Assembly (NCBI GenBank): GCA_965213675.1
Contig: OZ243916.1
Coordinates: 192,001 to 256,000, forward strand
From: an uncultured Candidatus Binatia bacterium
Lineage (GTDB): Bacteria > Desulfobacterota > Binatia > UBA9968 > JAJDTQ01
Length of the DNA: 64,000 nt
Direction: 5' to 3'
In this document: one piece after another, positions 18,886 through 27,782 of the stretch
Position numbering within the stretch: the first letter of the stretch is position 1
How the letters are laid out: every line of letters begins with the position of its first letter
Position numbers and translations under genes: made by a program
Notes under the pieces: model-generated
Seen by the model: only the letters and a program-made list of their open reading frames with translations
Databases searched by the model: none
What the model was told of the DNA's origin: nothing

Positions 18886-20472
18886 ATGGACCGCGATCCC
18901 TTTGAGCTGCCTCTCCTGTGTCACGAAGGACATGAAGATCACGACCACGACGACACGCCGCTGCCCGATGAGGACCACCCCATGTGGCGGTCCGAGCGCA
19001 TCTCGCTGACTTCGGTCGGCATCGACATCGGCTCGTCCACCTCCCATCTCATCTTTTCCAGGCTGCTGCTGCGCCGCCAGGGCATCTCTTTGTCGAGCCG
19101 CTTCGTGGTGGTGAGCCGCGACATCGTCTACGAGTCGCCGATCCTGCTGACCCCGTACGTGGACAAGCTCACCATCGACACGGCGAAACTCAACGATTTC
19201 ATCCACGACGCCTACGCGCGCGCGGGTCTCACCCGGCAGGATGTCGATACCGGCGCGCTCATCGTCACCGGCGAGGCGGCCAAGAAGAAGAACGCCGAGG
19301 CCATCGCGGCCTTGTTTTCCGAGGAGGCGGGCAAGTTCGTGTGCGCCACCGCCGGGCACAACCTCGAAGCCATTCTGGCGGCCTTTGGCTCCGGGGCCGT
19401 GGAGCTTTCGAACCAGAGCGAGGGCCACGCGTGCATGAACGTGGACATCGGCGGCGGCACCAGCAAGATCGCCATTACCCGCGGGGGGCAGGTAGTGGAC
19501 ACCGCGGCGCTGGAGGTGGGCGCGCGGCTGGTGGCGTTGGACGGTGAGCAGCGAATCAACCGCCTGGAGGACGCGGGCGCGCGTATCGGTGCGGCCAACG
19601 GCCTGTCGCTGGCGCTGGGCCAGATCCTGGCCGAGGCTGACAAGGAGCGCATGGCCGAGACCCTCAGCGGCTGTCTCCTGGAAGTGCTGGGCCGCGGCCC
19701 GCTGTCGCCGCTGACCCGGGAGATGATGCTCACGCCGGCGCTGTCCTACGAGGGTCCGATCCATGCCCTCCAGTTCTCGGGCGGGGTGTCGGAGTATGTC
19801 TACGGCTACGAGACCGCGGACAAAGGGGACCTGGGCAACCATGTGGGACGGAAGATCCGCACCGGCGCGGTGGAGCTGTCGACCCGGGAGTCGTGGCAGT
19901 TCAAGGAGCCCGAGGTGCGCATCCGCGCCACGGTTATCGGCGCGTCACAGTACACGGTGCAGGTGAGTGGCAACACGATCTTCCTGTCCGACGACTCGGT
20001 CCTGCCGCTGCGGAATCTACAGGTGATCACCCCGCATTTCCGCCAGACCGAACCGCTGACGGCCGAGGACGTCAGCAGCGCCATCGAGCGCGCGCTCCAG
20101 CGCTTCGACATGACCGACGGCGACCGCGGCGCGGCCTTGGCGCTCAACTGGGACCTGGGTCCCTCCTATCCCCTCCTCAAGACCCTGGCCACCGGGTTGG
20201 TGGACGGCATGCGTGAGCATCTCCACCGAGGCAATCACCTCGTGCTGGTTTTCGATGCCGACATCGCCAAGCTCGTGGGCAACATCATCGACAAGGAGGT
20301 CCGTCCCGGAACCGGCGTCATTTCCATCGACGGCATCGACCTCAAGGACTTCGACTTCATTGACATCGGCGAGGAGTTGGCTGACGCCAAGGCCGTGCCG
20401 GTGGTAATCAAGTCGCTCATCTTCCGCCACGAGGAGTGGGGCCGCGGGCGTTTGCTGACCGGCGACTGTTGA
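18886..20472 (+). CDS. EutA-like reactivase (actin/ASKHA fold)
   Basis: SVGIDIGSSTSHLIFSRL, GALIVTGEAAKKKNA, FVCATAGHNLE, NVDIGGGT, IRATVIGA, DFIDIG, VPVVIKSLIF. Confidence 0.88.
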   Translation: MDRDPFELPLLCHEGHEDHDHDDTPLPDEDHPMWRSERISLTSVGIDIGSSTSHLIFSRLLLRRQGISLSSRFVVVSRDIVYESPILLTPYVDKLTIDTAKLNDFIHDAYARAGLTRQDVDTGALIVTGEAAKKKNAEAIAALFSEEAGKFVCATAGHNLEAILAAFGSGAVELSNQSEGHACMNVDIGGGTSKIAITRGGQVVDTAALEVGARLVALDGEQRINRLEDAGARIGAANGLSLALGQILAEADKERMAETLSGCLLEVLGRGPLSPLTREMMLTPALSYEGPIHALQFSGGVSEYVYGYETADKGDLGNHVGRKIRTGAVELSTRESWQFKEPEVRIRATVIGASQYTVQVSGNTIFLSDDSVLPLRNLQVITPHFRQTEPLTAEDVSSAIERALQRFDMTDGDRGAALALNWDLGPSYPLLKTLATGLVDGMREHLHRGNHLVLVFDADIAKLVGNIIDKEVRPGTGVISIDGIDLKDFDFIDIGEELADAKAVPVVIKSLIFRHEEWGRGRLLTGDC

Positions 20473-20474
20473 CG

Positions 20475-20921
20475 TTACCGCCGCAACCTCCGCGACAGAA
20501 CGGCTTTCTCGCCTGCCCAGAGAAGGAGCGATGCGGCGCCGAGGAGTAGAGAGCCGAACCACAAACGCTCGGCGACGACAGGCTGGTTCCACCAAGCGGG
20601 GGGCGCCAACTTGACTGTGGCCAACGTGAGGAGAAATGCACCCGGCGCTGCATAAGGCATCCGCAACGGCGATACCAGTAACTTGTCGCAATCGAATGAC
20701 CCACGAATGACAAACAAGACGATTGCCATTATCAGAGTGCTTGGGAGCAGGACATAAAACGGCATGGGTTTACCGATCAAGTCAAAGCAGGCCATGGACA
20801 CGCACCAGACGGCGACACCGAGAGCAGTGTAGAAGCAGCATCTCAACAATCTCAAGTGTCTCTCCAGACCGTCCTGATCTCCGTTCCGTACTCGAAACGC
20901 GCCCAAGAATTCAATACTCAT
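20475..20921 (-). CDS. Small 4-TM membrane protein, candidate immunity protein
   Basis: Four hydrophobic segments, lower GC, directly downstream of the Gly/Ala-rich peptide gene; start could be 20945. Confidence 0.55.
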   Translation of the reverse strand: MSIEFLGAFRVRNGDQDGLERHLRLLRCCFYTALGVAVWCVSMACFDLIGKPMPFYVLLPSTLIMAIVLFVIRGSFDCDKLLVSPLRMPYAAPGAFLLTLATVKLAPPAWWNQPVVAERLWFGSLLLGAASLLLWAGEKAVLSRRLRR

Positions 20922-20975
20922 GTTTTGCGCCTTCGAAGGACACATGGTGGAACACCGGTGTCCCGGGTGGAAAGG

Positions 20976-21006
20976 GTGGGATGCGACTGTTGCAGCCGCA
21001 TCCCAC
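20976..21006 (-). terminator. 14-bp stem-loop after the peptide gene
   Basis: Minus-strand RNA GUGGGAUGCGGCUG-CAA-CAGUCGCAUCCCAC (one G-U pair) followed by CCUUU. Confidence 0.65.
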
Positions 21007-21025
21007 AGGCACCGGACTGGCCAGA

Positions 21026-21397
21026 CTAACGACCTTCCAATATCGCGGGCAGCGTTGTCAAAGAGAACGTGTTCATCATCTCCCTGAATTCATCCGGATC
21101 GATCGAATCGGCGGCTTGGCCGAGTTCTTGCGGCGCCGCAGCGCACGCGTCGCTTGTCAGGGCACTGTGGACCGCTCCAGAGGCCAAGCCTCCAGCAGCT
21201 ACCGCGCCAACAATAACTGTCGCCGAACCAGCGGTTCCGGCCGTAGTCCCTCCGAAGATGGCGGTTCCGGCAGCGGTAGCGCCTTGTTCGACGGCTGCAC
21301 CTATGGCACCCGCCACGGCGCCTGCCTTGGCTCCTTTCTCAATGTCTTCCTTGCATTGCTCCACATTCGGCCGGTCTTGCTCGAAAAGAGCCACCAT
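21026..21397 (-). CDS. Gly/Ala-rich bacteriocin/microcin-like peptide (5' leader apparently disrupted)
   Basis: C...GAKAGAVAGAIGAAVEQGATAAGTAIFGGTTAGTAGSATVIVGAVAAGGLASGAV...C; strong AAGGAGG SD at 21466-21472. Confidence 0.6.
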   Translation of the reverse strand: MVALFEQDRPNVEQCKEDIEKGAKAGAVAGAIGAAVEQGATAAGTAIFGGTTAGTAGSATVIVGAVAAGGLASGAVHSALTSDACAAAPQELGQAADSIDPDEFREMMNTFSLTTLPAILEGR

Positions 21398-21479
21398 TTG
21401 CTCGCCGAATTCCTGACGGCAACGCCGCTATCGTCGCAAGTTTCGGTGAGTCACATTACGTGCGTCCTCCTTGTGGGGT

Positions 21480-21602
21480 TTCTCTCGTCATTGTCCAATA
21501 GCCGGCTACCATTATTGTAATCAAGCATATAGACGAAAACTTTAACGAAAATTCTCTAGGAGCGCCGGTTTTTTGCGAGAAGCAAGAATTTTTGTGTGAA
21601 TT
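21480..21602 (-). promoter_or_regulatory. AT-rich promoter-like region upstream of the peptide gene
   Basis: Sharp AT enrichment, TACAAT hexamer and a TTTTCGT direct repeat on the minus strand. Confidence 0.4.
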
Positions 21603-22604
21603 TTACGCCGACAACTTCTTCGCGTTCTCTTTGCGCCGGAGGGAGATGGGGTGCTCGGGGTGAAGGGGTCTGAAGTGGGCCATGGAGAGCCAGACTCTCA
21701 GGAGGTGGCGCTCGGAGTCGTCGCCGGTGAACCGGGTGCGTGTGTGCAGCACCACGTGGTTGTTGAAATACTCGATGTCTCCGGGGCGGAGTTCCAGTGA
21801 GACCGCTACCCGGTCCGCGACCTTGTTGAAGACATCCAGAGCCTTCTTCTGCGCCACGGTCAGTTCGGCCACGCCCGCGAGTCTTTGCGCGCGCTTGATG
21901 TGCACGGGATAGGCGCAGGCGTTGAAAACGCCATCGCGGAGGCTCACGAACGGCAGGCGGGTCCAGTGGTGGCCGTAGTCCGGATGAGGCTCCTGCAGCG
22001 CCACCTGGAAGGGGCGGATGAGGACGCGCAGTTCATCGGGATGGTCGGCTGCCATGACGTTGTAGACGGTGGCGGCGCTGGCGAACCGCCGGGTGCCGCC
22101 GTGGCGCGCGGGGCGCAGGCACAGGAATCCGATCACGTCCTCGAGATCGGCGTGGAAGGGAAGGGTCCCGGCGGTGCGGAAGCCCAAACCGTGCCGATTG
22201 TCGTCCTTCCCGGCACGCACGTGGGCGAGCCGGACCCCCTCGGGTTGTTCCATGGGCTCACCCAGACGCCGGCTCAACGCCATGAACACGGTAGCCGCCT
22301 CCTGTTCCGTCCATCTCCCAACCGGTAGCCCGCGCAGGATCCGGAGCCCCACGCCTGACCGTAGCTCACGCTCGGTCCGTCCCATCTGCCAGGCGAGGAA
22401 GGAACCTTCCGGCGCCAGGGAGTGCTCGCCTTGAAGGCCGGCGCGCGCGGTGGCCGACAATTCCGCCAGTTCGTTGGGGGTGAGATCGTGCAGCCAACCG
22501 GGCGACCCGGCGAGGTCGGATGGCGTCCAGGCCGCGGAGTCGGACGTCCGCGGGAACTCTTCGGCAAGTGGATCGGTGGAACCGGCGCTGATTTCCGTAT
22601 GCAT
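21603..22604 (-). CDS. TauD/TfdA (clavaminate synthase-like) Fe(II)/2-oxoglutarate dioxygenase
   Basis: FHAD (HxD), GFLCLR, LRPGDIEYFNNHVVLHTR, RHLLRVWL; ATG abuts the HlyD stop (TAGATG). Confidence 0.9.
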   Translation of the reverse strand: MHTEISAGSTDPLAEEFPRTSDSAAWTPSDLAGSPGWLHDLTPNELAELSATARAGLQGEHSLAPEGSFLAWQMGRTERELRSGVGLRILRGLPVGRWTEQEAATVFMALSRRLGEPMEQPEGVRLAHVRAGKDDNRHGLGFRTAGTLPFHADLEDVIGFLCLRPARHGGTRRFASAATVYNVMAADHPDELRVLIRPFQVALQEPHPDYGHHWTRLPFVSLRDGVFNACAYPVHIKRAQRLAGVAELTVAQKKALDVFNKVADRVAVSLELRPGDIEYFNNHVVLHTRTRFTGDDSERHLLRVWLSMAHFRPLHPEHPISLRRKENAKKLSA

Positions 22605-23948
22605 CTACTTCTCCCGGAATGCGTCCTGCCGGTAGCCCCGGAGAGGCTGAAGGACGTATTCGATGACGCGTTGTTTGCCCAGGATGACCGCAGCCTCGGA
22701 CGACATGCCGGGCAACAGGCTGATCTTCCGGCCCTCCACTTCCATGTAGTTTTGATCGAGGTCGATGAGGGCTTTGAACGCGGGACCCCCCTGAACACTT
22801 CCGGACTGGGCGGCCGGTGCTCCTGACGCGCCCGCCGCCGCGCTCGCGAACTCCGGGCCGCCGCCCAGCGCCCCCGCGTTCACGGCGTCCTTGCCGATGT
22901 GGCGCACCGTGCCTTCGATGGCGCCGTAGCGGCGAAAATCGAAGGTGGTCACCTTGAGCGTGACCCGTTGGCCGGGCTTGACGAAGCCGATGTCGGCGTT
23001 GGCGATGAAAGCCTCCACCTGGATCCCGGCGTTGCGGGGCACAATCACCATGAGGCGGGCGCCCGGTTCCACCATGCCGTCTTCGGTATGCACCGCGAGG
23101 TCCTGAACGACTCCATCCACCGGCGCCCGCAGGGTGTGGCGCGTGCGAAGTTCACGGGACTGACGAATATCCTCCCGCAGGACGAGGATCCTTTCGCGCA
23201 CGGCCGCCAGGCTGGCGCGGCGTTCACGGTAGAACTCCGAGATGGTCCGTTGCTTCTGCGCCTCGATTCCGGCCAACGCCGCTCTGGCCTCGTCCAGTTC
23301 CCTCTGGCGCAACGCCGTGTTGCCCTCCAACTCCACCAGACGTTCCTGCTCGTCGATGAAGGCGAGCCGCGAGCCATGGTTGTCGCGGTACAGGGTCTCG
23401 CGCATGGCGGTTCGTTCGCGCAGGATGGGCAGCAGCCGGCGATGCTTGGCCAGCGCCGCCTCCAGGGTCCGGATCTGTGCCCGCCGCTCGGCCATCCGGT
23501 TGTCGAGCTCTCGCAGGTGCGCGCGGTGGGACGCGACCTGATCCGCCAACAGTGCTTCGTTGATGGAGATGATTTCCGGCGGCGCGCCGGCGGGCGGGTG
23601 GAATTCACGACCTTCGCGCCAGGCCACGAGCGCCTCCAGGCGCGCGGCTTCCACCGACCGGGTGTGCAGTTCGGCCGTACGCTTGGAGATCTCGGCGTCC
23701 ACGAGGGTGGTGTCGAACTCGATGAGGACATCGTCGCGCCCGACCGGACTGCCTTCCTCCACGGCGATGCGCCGGATCTTTCCGGCCTCGAAGGACCGGA
23801 TCACCTTCACCTGCCCGGTGGGAACGATCCGTCCCGGCGCCACCGCCGCGAGTTCGACCTCCGCCACTGACGCCCATGCGAGTGTCCCCACGAGAAAGAG
23901 ACACAACGCTACGAGCAGGAGTATGTCATTGTGATGCGCCTTGCCCAT
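22605..23948 (-). CDS. HlyD-family type I secretion periplasmic adaptor
   Basis: N-terminal TM, APGRIVPTGQVKVIRSFEAG, coiled coil, LRAPVDGVVQ, DIGFVKPGQ, FDFRRYG, PGMS, RVIEYVLQP. Confidence 0.93.
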   Translation of the reverse strand: MGKAHHNDILLLVALCLFLVGTLAWASVAEVELAAVAPGRIVPTGQVKVIRSFEAGKIRRIAVEEGSPVGRDDVLIEFDTTLVDAEISKRTAELHTRSVEAARLEALVAWREGREFHPPAGAPPEIISINEALLADQVASHRAHLRELDNRMAERRAQIRTLEAALAKHRRLLPILRERTAMRETLYRDNHGSRLAFIDEQERLVELEGNTALRQRELDEARAALAGIEAQKQRTISEFYRERRASLAAVRERILVLREDIRQSRELRTRHTLRAPVDGVVQDLAVHTEDGMVEPGARLMVIVPRNAGIQVEAFIANADIGFVKPGQRVTLKVTTFDFRRYGAIEGTVRHIGKDAVNAGALGGGPEFASAAAGASGAPAAQSGSVQGGPAFKALIDLDQNYMEVEGRKISLLPGMSSEAAVILGKQRVIEYVLQPLRGYRQDAFREK

Positions 23949-24077
23949 CGACGGGTTCTCTCCTTCCGGCTGGCATGGCCCGAGTTCGCCTGCCTCACAG
24001 GTACAGATCGACCCCATGGAATCGAACTTTAGCGCTCCGGAAAGATTAATCGTCGAGGAACGAAGATCGGGTGCTAG

Positions 24078-24612
24078 GGAAGGTCTGAACAACGGCGGTA
24101 TTGGCCGGCAAGCGGACGGTCCGATCAGTTAGTGGCATGGGGGGACCGCGGATAAGGGTTCCGGGGAGTCGTTTCATGACCAAACCGCAGGTATTTCGCC
24201 CTCCCTTGCCGCAGCAGGCGGACCGGTCCTCGCCTCAGTTGTCTCGTCCGGCAATGCTCCCGAAAGCCGCAGCCCCACAAAGCGCCGCACCGACTCCACC
24301 TCGTATAAAAGGTCTTCCATCCCAGGGTCGCTCAGGTTGTAGAACAACTCCACACAGTGCACCCGCAGCATCACCCCCAACGGGTACGGCCGCCGTCCAC
24401 GTCCCGCCTTCGGCTAAAATGCCTCTATCCGCTTCTCCAGACGCCTCCACGGTATCAGCCCCTCCATCTTCTCCAAAAACTCCTCCCGCCGCGTCCGCCG
24501 CTTCTTCCCGTCATGTTCCATCTCCGCGAAGCTCGCCTGTCTCATCTTTCCCCTCCATGCCCTGCCGTTTTCCCCATTATGACATGTGAAAGGTCTCTTG
24601 TTCAGATCTTCC
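24078..24612 (-). mobile_element. Internally deleted IS5-family element (535 bp)
   Basis: TIRs GGAAGGTCTGAACAA / TTGTTCAGATCTTCC, CTAG on both sides; transposase 5' part MRQASFAEMEHDGKKRRTRREEFL...[13 protein letters not shown]...PDETT (24545-24237) with internal stop. Confidence 0.9.
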
Positions 24613-24775
24613 CTAGGTAGTGCCTGAGCAACATCCTCGTCTCCCATCCGTGCATCTGTGCTCCGCTCCGTTCCTGTTGGTCTTGCCAACAGCGTGGACC
24701 CGGGCACTTACACCGGCAATCAATGTGTGCAGTTTTCGGTTGCCACTAATGGGAGTTTTACAGTTGCCCGCTACA
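24613..24775 (-). mobile_element. IS21-family left end with first 14 codons of istA, truncated by IS5
   Basis: End sequence TGTAGCGGGCAACTGTAAAACTCCCATTAGTGGCAACCGAAAACTGCACA with internal GGCAAC..AAAACT repeats; ATG 24655 gives MHGWETRMLLRHYL up to the CTAG. Confidence 0.7.
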
Positions 24776-25068
24776 GTTCTGGCATGCCGAGCCGCATTTC
24801 GAGCTGACCTAGCAGCCGCAACCGTTCGATCTGATCTTTTGCGGCGGATGGCCGCGCCTGCTCGAGGAGCTCACAAGCACGCTCCAACTCCCCGTCGTGG
24901 ATGAGGAGCCGCGCTTCCTGGATCTCGGAGAGCTTGACCGGAGGGTGGGATGATTCGGCAACGGTTTCAGCCACAGCCCCCCGACATCAGCAATATGACG
25001 GTGATCGCGACGCCCGCAGCGAAGGACCATCGTGGCCACCCGCTTGCCGGGTCGCGCCTTTGCACCAT
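24776..25068 (-). pseudogene. Slam (surface lipoprotein assembly modifier, TPR) 5' fragment
   Basis: GGAGG SD, ATG 25068, signal peptide ...AAGVAITVILLMSG then G6 frameshift (24977-24982) to AVAETVAES...EARLLIHDGELERACELLEQA...ERLRLLGQLEMRLGMPE, cut by IS21; follows a TbpB-like lipoprotein. Confidence 0.6.
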
Positions 25069-25178
25069 CGCCGGCCGCCTCCAATGCGCCATTCCCGTCG
25101 ATCGGCACCGCGTCGCATCGCGCGAAGCACGATTCGACGACTCACCCGGTCAGGGTGGCAACGAGCAAGCAACTCCCC

Positions 25179-27134
25179 CTAACGCTTTCCGCCGAATCCC
25201 GCCGCCACGTCGGACCGTTCGAGTACACCACCCATGGCCTCGTGCGTTGCACCCAGGAATGTCCCGGTGACCTCGCCGTCGTCGCCACCAGTCTGCCAGA
25301 AGGAGTTGCCTTGCACCTCGATCGTGTATGCAAGATCGCCGTCTCCCCATAGCGTGCCCTGGCCCATCGTTCCCGGCGGTGCGTTCGTCCCCCACGATTC
25401 CAGCCCGTCAAAATCCAGGTTCCCGTCCAAAGTCGAGAGCGAAATGGCGAGACTGGCGGACCCGGAGACGGTTTCGCCGTTCGGCGTAATTCCGAGGAGC
25501 GCACCACTCCAGGTCACGTTGCCCGACAACTCCTGGTTGTCGGGCAACTCCATCCACGGCGTGGGTCCGGAGGCCCAAGGCTGGGCCCGGCCATTCCTCG
25601 ACGCAACGCCGTAGGCAGCCTCGCCGCCCGGAAACTCAAAGCTTCCGCGTATGTGAAATGACGTATCCGTCCACTGTCCCAGGCTTTGTACAGATAAGTC
25701 CTCCGGCTCGGTACCCGGCTGCAGTCTGTCGTACGCCGCGAATAATGCGTCGCTGTCGATCGTGGGAAGCGTTGAGATGGTAAGCAGGGTGGTGCCGCGC
25801 ATGATCGAATCCGGGAACCGGGCGCCGTCGTTGTGAGCCAGGAACCCCAAGACGTGCACCAATTCGTGTGCCACGATCGCGAATATGTCTTCCTCGGAGT
25901 AAACCCTGATGGTCGGATCAGTCACTGGCATGTTCAACAGCACTTCTTCGTGTTGTCCCGTAGCGGGGTTGAGCACCCACGCGGCGTTTTGAAGGCGTTC
26001 TAGGTCGAACCAGACATGGGCCGCCCGCATTTCCTTGTCCTCCCACCGGCTTTGTGCTGCATCCCATTCTGCAATTGGGTCATTTTCGGCGACCGCGGCA
26101 GAACCGGGCCGAAAGTTTCGGTTCGCAAGATTCCAATCGTCGCTCGATGCCGCGAAATCGATATAGATCTCTCCATCGGGGATGTTGCCGATGGCCGTCA
26201 GCGCCGGCGCAGGAATACTGCTGAATGCAATGCGCTGCTCGTAGGGAAGGGCGCCATTGATCAATTGAACGGCGCGAATCGCGTAATGGGCGAACTCATC
26301 GCTCGTTCCTGCCGCTAGGCGGACGGTGGGCGGATCGACGAAGGTCGGGAGCCCCGTAGTGGTCCGGGTGAACGTGTAGCCGCTACCCGCCTCCGATGTG
26401 CTGACGCCTATGTGCTGACCAAGAAACTCGATCACGCGCGCAGCATCGGTTCCGTCCTGTACCCAGCCGGATGACGTCGCGATCGCGCCGTATGAGTGGC
26501 CGGCGGTGAGCAATTCTGCCGGTGGCGCCACGTCTGCCCCCACGTGCAGCGTTTCCTGATAGTCGATCGTGGGCGCCTGCGCGGCGTGGACCGTCTCCGA
26601 TTGCGGAAGGTCGGGAAACTCCTCCGGCGGTATGAGCATGTAGGTCGGCGTGCCGCCGGTCCTGGAAAAGGTCACCATTCCATCTGTTGAGACTGTCATC
26701 ACGCATGCCTGCCCATCCGACGGGCATGACAGGATGACATTGTCGTGCTCCTCGGATGTGCCGGGTTGCACGGTGATCGATCCTGTTGGCAGCCCGTGTA
26801 CGTAAGGCGTCGCCAAGGATTCGCTTGCAACCATGACCGAGGGCATGCCGCCGGTGCGTTCGTACTCGGCGGTGCCGTCTGCGGCCACGATCAGCACGCA
26901 TGCCAGCCCGCCCACCGGGCACGAAACCACTACATTGCCATGTTCGTCGCTGGAGCCCGGCGCGACGCTGATCTCGCCTGCCGCGAGTCCGTGGCCCGAG
27001 GGGAGCGGCAAAGAAACACCTGCTGACGGTTCAACCGGCCCCGGTCCAACAACTGCCGATCCCCCCCTATCTCCGCAGGCGGCGAGAAGCAGCAGTAGAC
27101 ATGCGGAAAGTGCAACCGGTCGGCAAACGTGCAT
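25179..27134 (-). CDS. Surface lipoprotein with metzincin protease motif and C-terminal TbpB-like barrel
   Basis: Lipobox LAAC; two ~50-aa repeats with SCPxxGxACV; HELVHVLGFLAH plus DSIM Met-turn; C-terminus GTFLGATHEAMGGVL...AGFGGKR; GGAGG SD. Confidence 0.8.
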   Translation of the reverse strand: MHVCRPVALSACLLLLLAACGDRGGSAVVGPGPVEPSAGVSLPLPSGHGLAAGEISVAPGSSDEHGNVVVSCPVGGLACVLIVAADGTAEYERTGGMPSVMVASESLATPYVHGLPTGSITVQPGTSEEHDNVILSCPSDGQACVMTVSTDGMVTFSRTGGTPTYMLIPPEEFPDLPQSETVHAAQAPTIDYQETLHVGADVAPPAELLTAGHSYGAIATSSGWVQDGTDAARVIEFLGQHIGVSTSEAGSGYTFTRTTTGLPTFVDPPTVRLAAGTSDEFAHYAIRAVQLINGALPYEQRIAFSSIPAPALTAIGNIPDGEIYIDFAASSDDWNLANRNFRPGSAAVAENDPIAEWDAAQSRWEDKEMRAAHVWFDLERLQNAAWVLNPATGQHEEVLLNMPVTDPTIRVYSEEDIFAIVAHELVHVLGFLAHNDGARFPDSIMRGTTLLTISTLPTIDSDALFAAYDRLQPGTEPEDLSVQSLGQWTDTSFHIRGSFEFPGGEAAYGVASRNGRAQPWASGPTPWMELPDNQELSGNVTWSGALLGITPNGETVSGSASLAISLSTLDGNLDFDGLESWGTNAPPGTMGQGTLWGDGDLAYTIEVQGNSFWQTGGDDGEVTGTFLGATHEAMGGVLERSDVAAGFGGKR

Positions 27135-27358
27135 GGTGAATCCTCCGGGGCAGCGGTCAACCGGCCCCGACCGATCCCAGCGTCGGGCCATAACCGCAAC
27201 GGCATGACAGCGTAATCGTCACAGCATGATAGATCAACTTTGTACAAAATTTGGTGATGTATGAGAGTTTGTGTCAGGGGGAGAGGAGGGGGTACTCCAG
27301 TGGGTTAACCAAGATCTACATAGGAAGGAGCACCCCCGATGCCACAGAGGGCAATGAT

Positions 27359-27778
27359 TGGTCTTCCCCGGGATTGGTGGACACCTGATAAGAGGGGATG
27401 ATGGCCTCGGAGGTGAGAACCATGACACGGAAGAGACGGAAGTTTTCGAAGGAGTTCAAGCAGGAAACGGTCAAGCTGGTCAAGGAAGGACCGCGCTCGG
27501 TGGGAGAGGTCGCGCGTGATCTGGACTTGACGGAATCGGCGGTTCGCAAGTGGGTACGGCAGTTCGACGTGGACGCTGGTGTGCGCGAGGGGGTAAGCAC
27601 GAGGGAACTCGATGAGGTACGCCGGCTGCGGACGGAGAACCGGCAGCTACGGATGGAGCGCGACATCCTGAAAGAAGCGACGGCCTTCTTCGCCAAGGAA
27701 TCGATGTGAGGTTCGCGTTCATCGAGGCGGAGAAGGCCAGATTTCCCGTGACCATGATGTGCCGGCTGCTTGAGGTCT
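27359..27778 (+). mobile_element. IS3-family remnant: IRL, orfA (27422-27709) and start of orfB, truncated by IS5
   Basis: TGGTCTTCCCCGGGATTGGTGGACACC end; orfA RRKFSKEFKQETVKLV...ILKEATAFFAKES; orfB from GTG 27706 RFAFIEAEKARFPVTMMCRLLEVS; the usual A6G frameshift site reads AAAGAAG. Confidence 0.9.
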
Positions 27779-27782
27779 CTAG

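Noticed and set aside
21428-24416. Pyrrolysine/amber recoding of the in-frame TAGs (peptide leader 21428, IS5 transposase 24414)
   Set aside because: TAG is an ordinary stop for many genes here, no pyl genes are present, and both sites lie in decaying sequence
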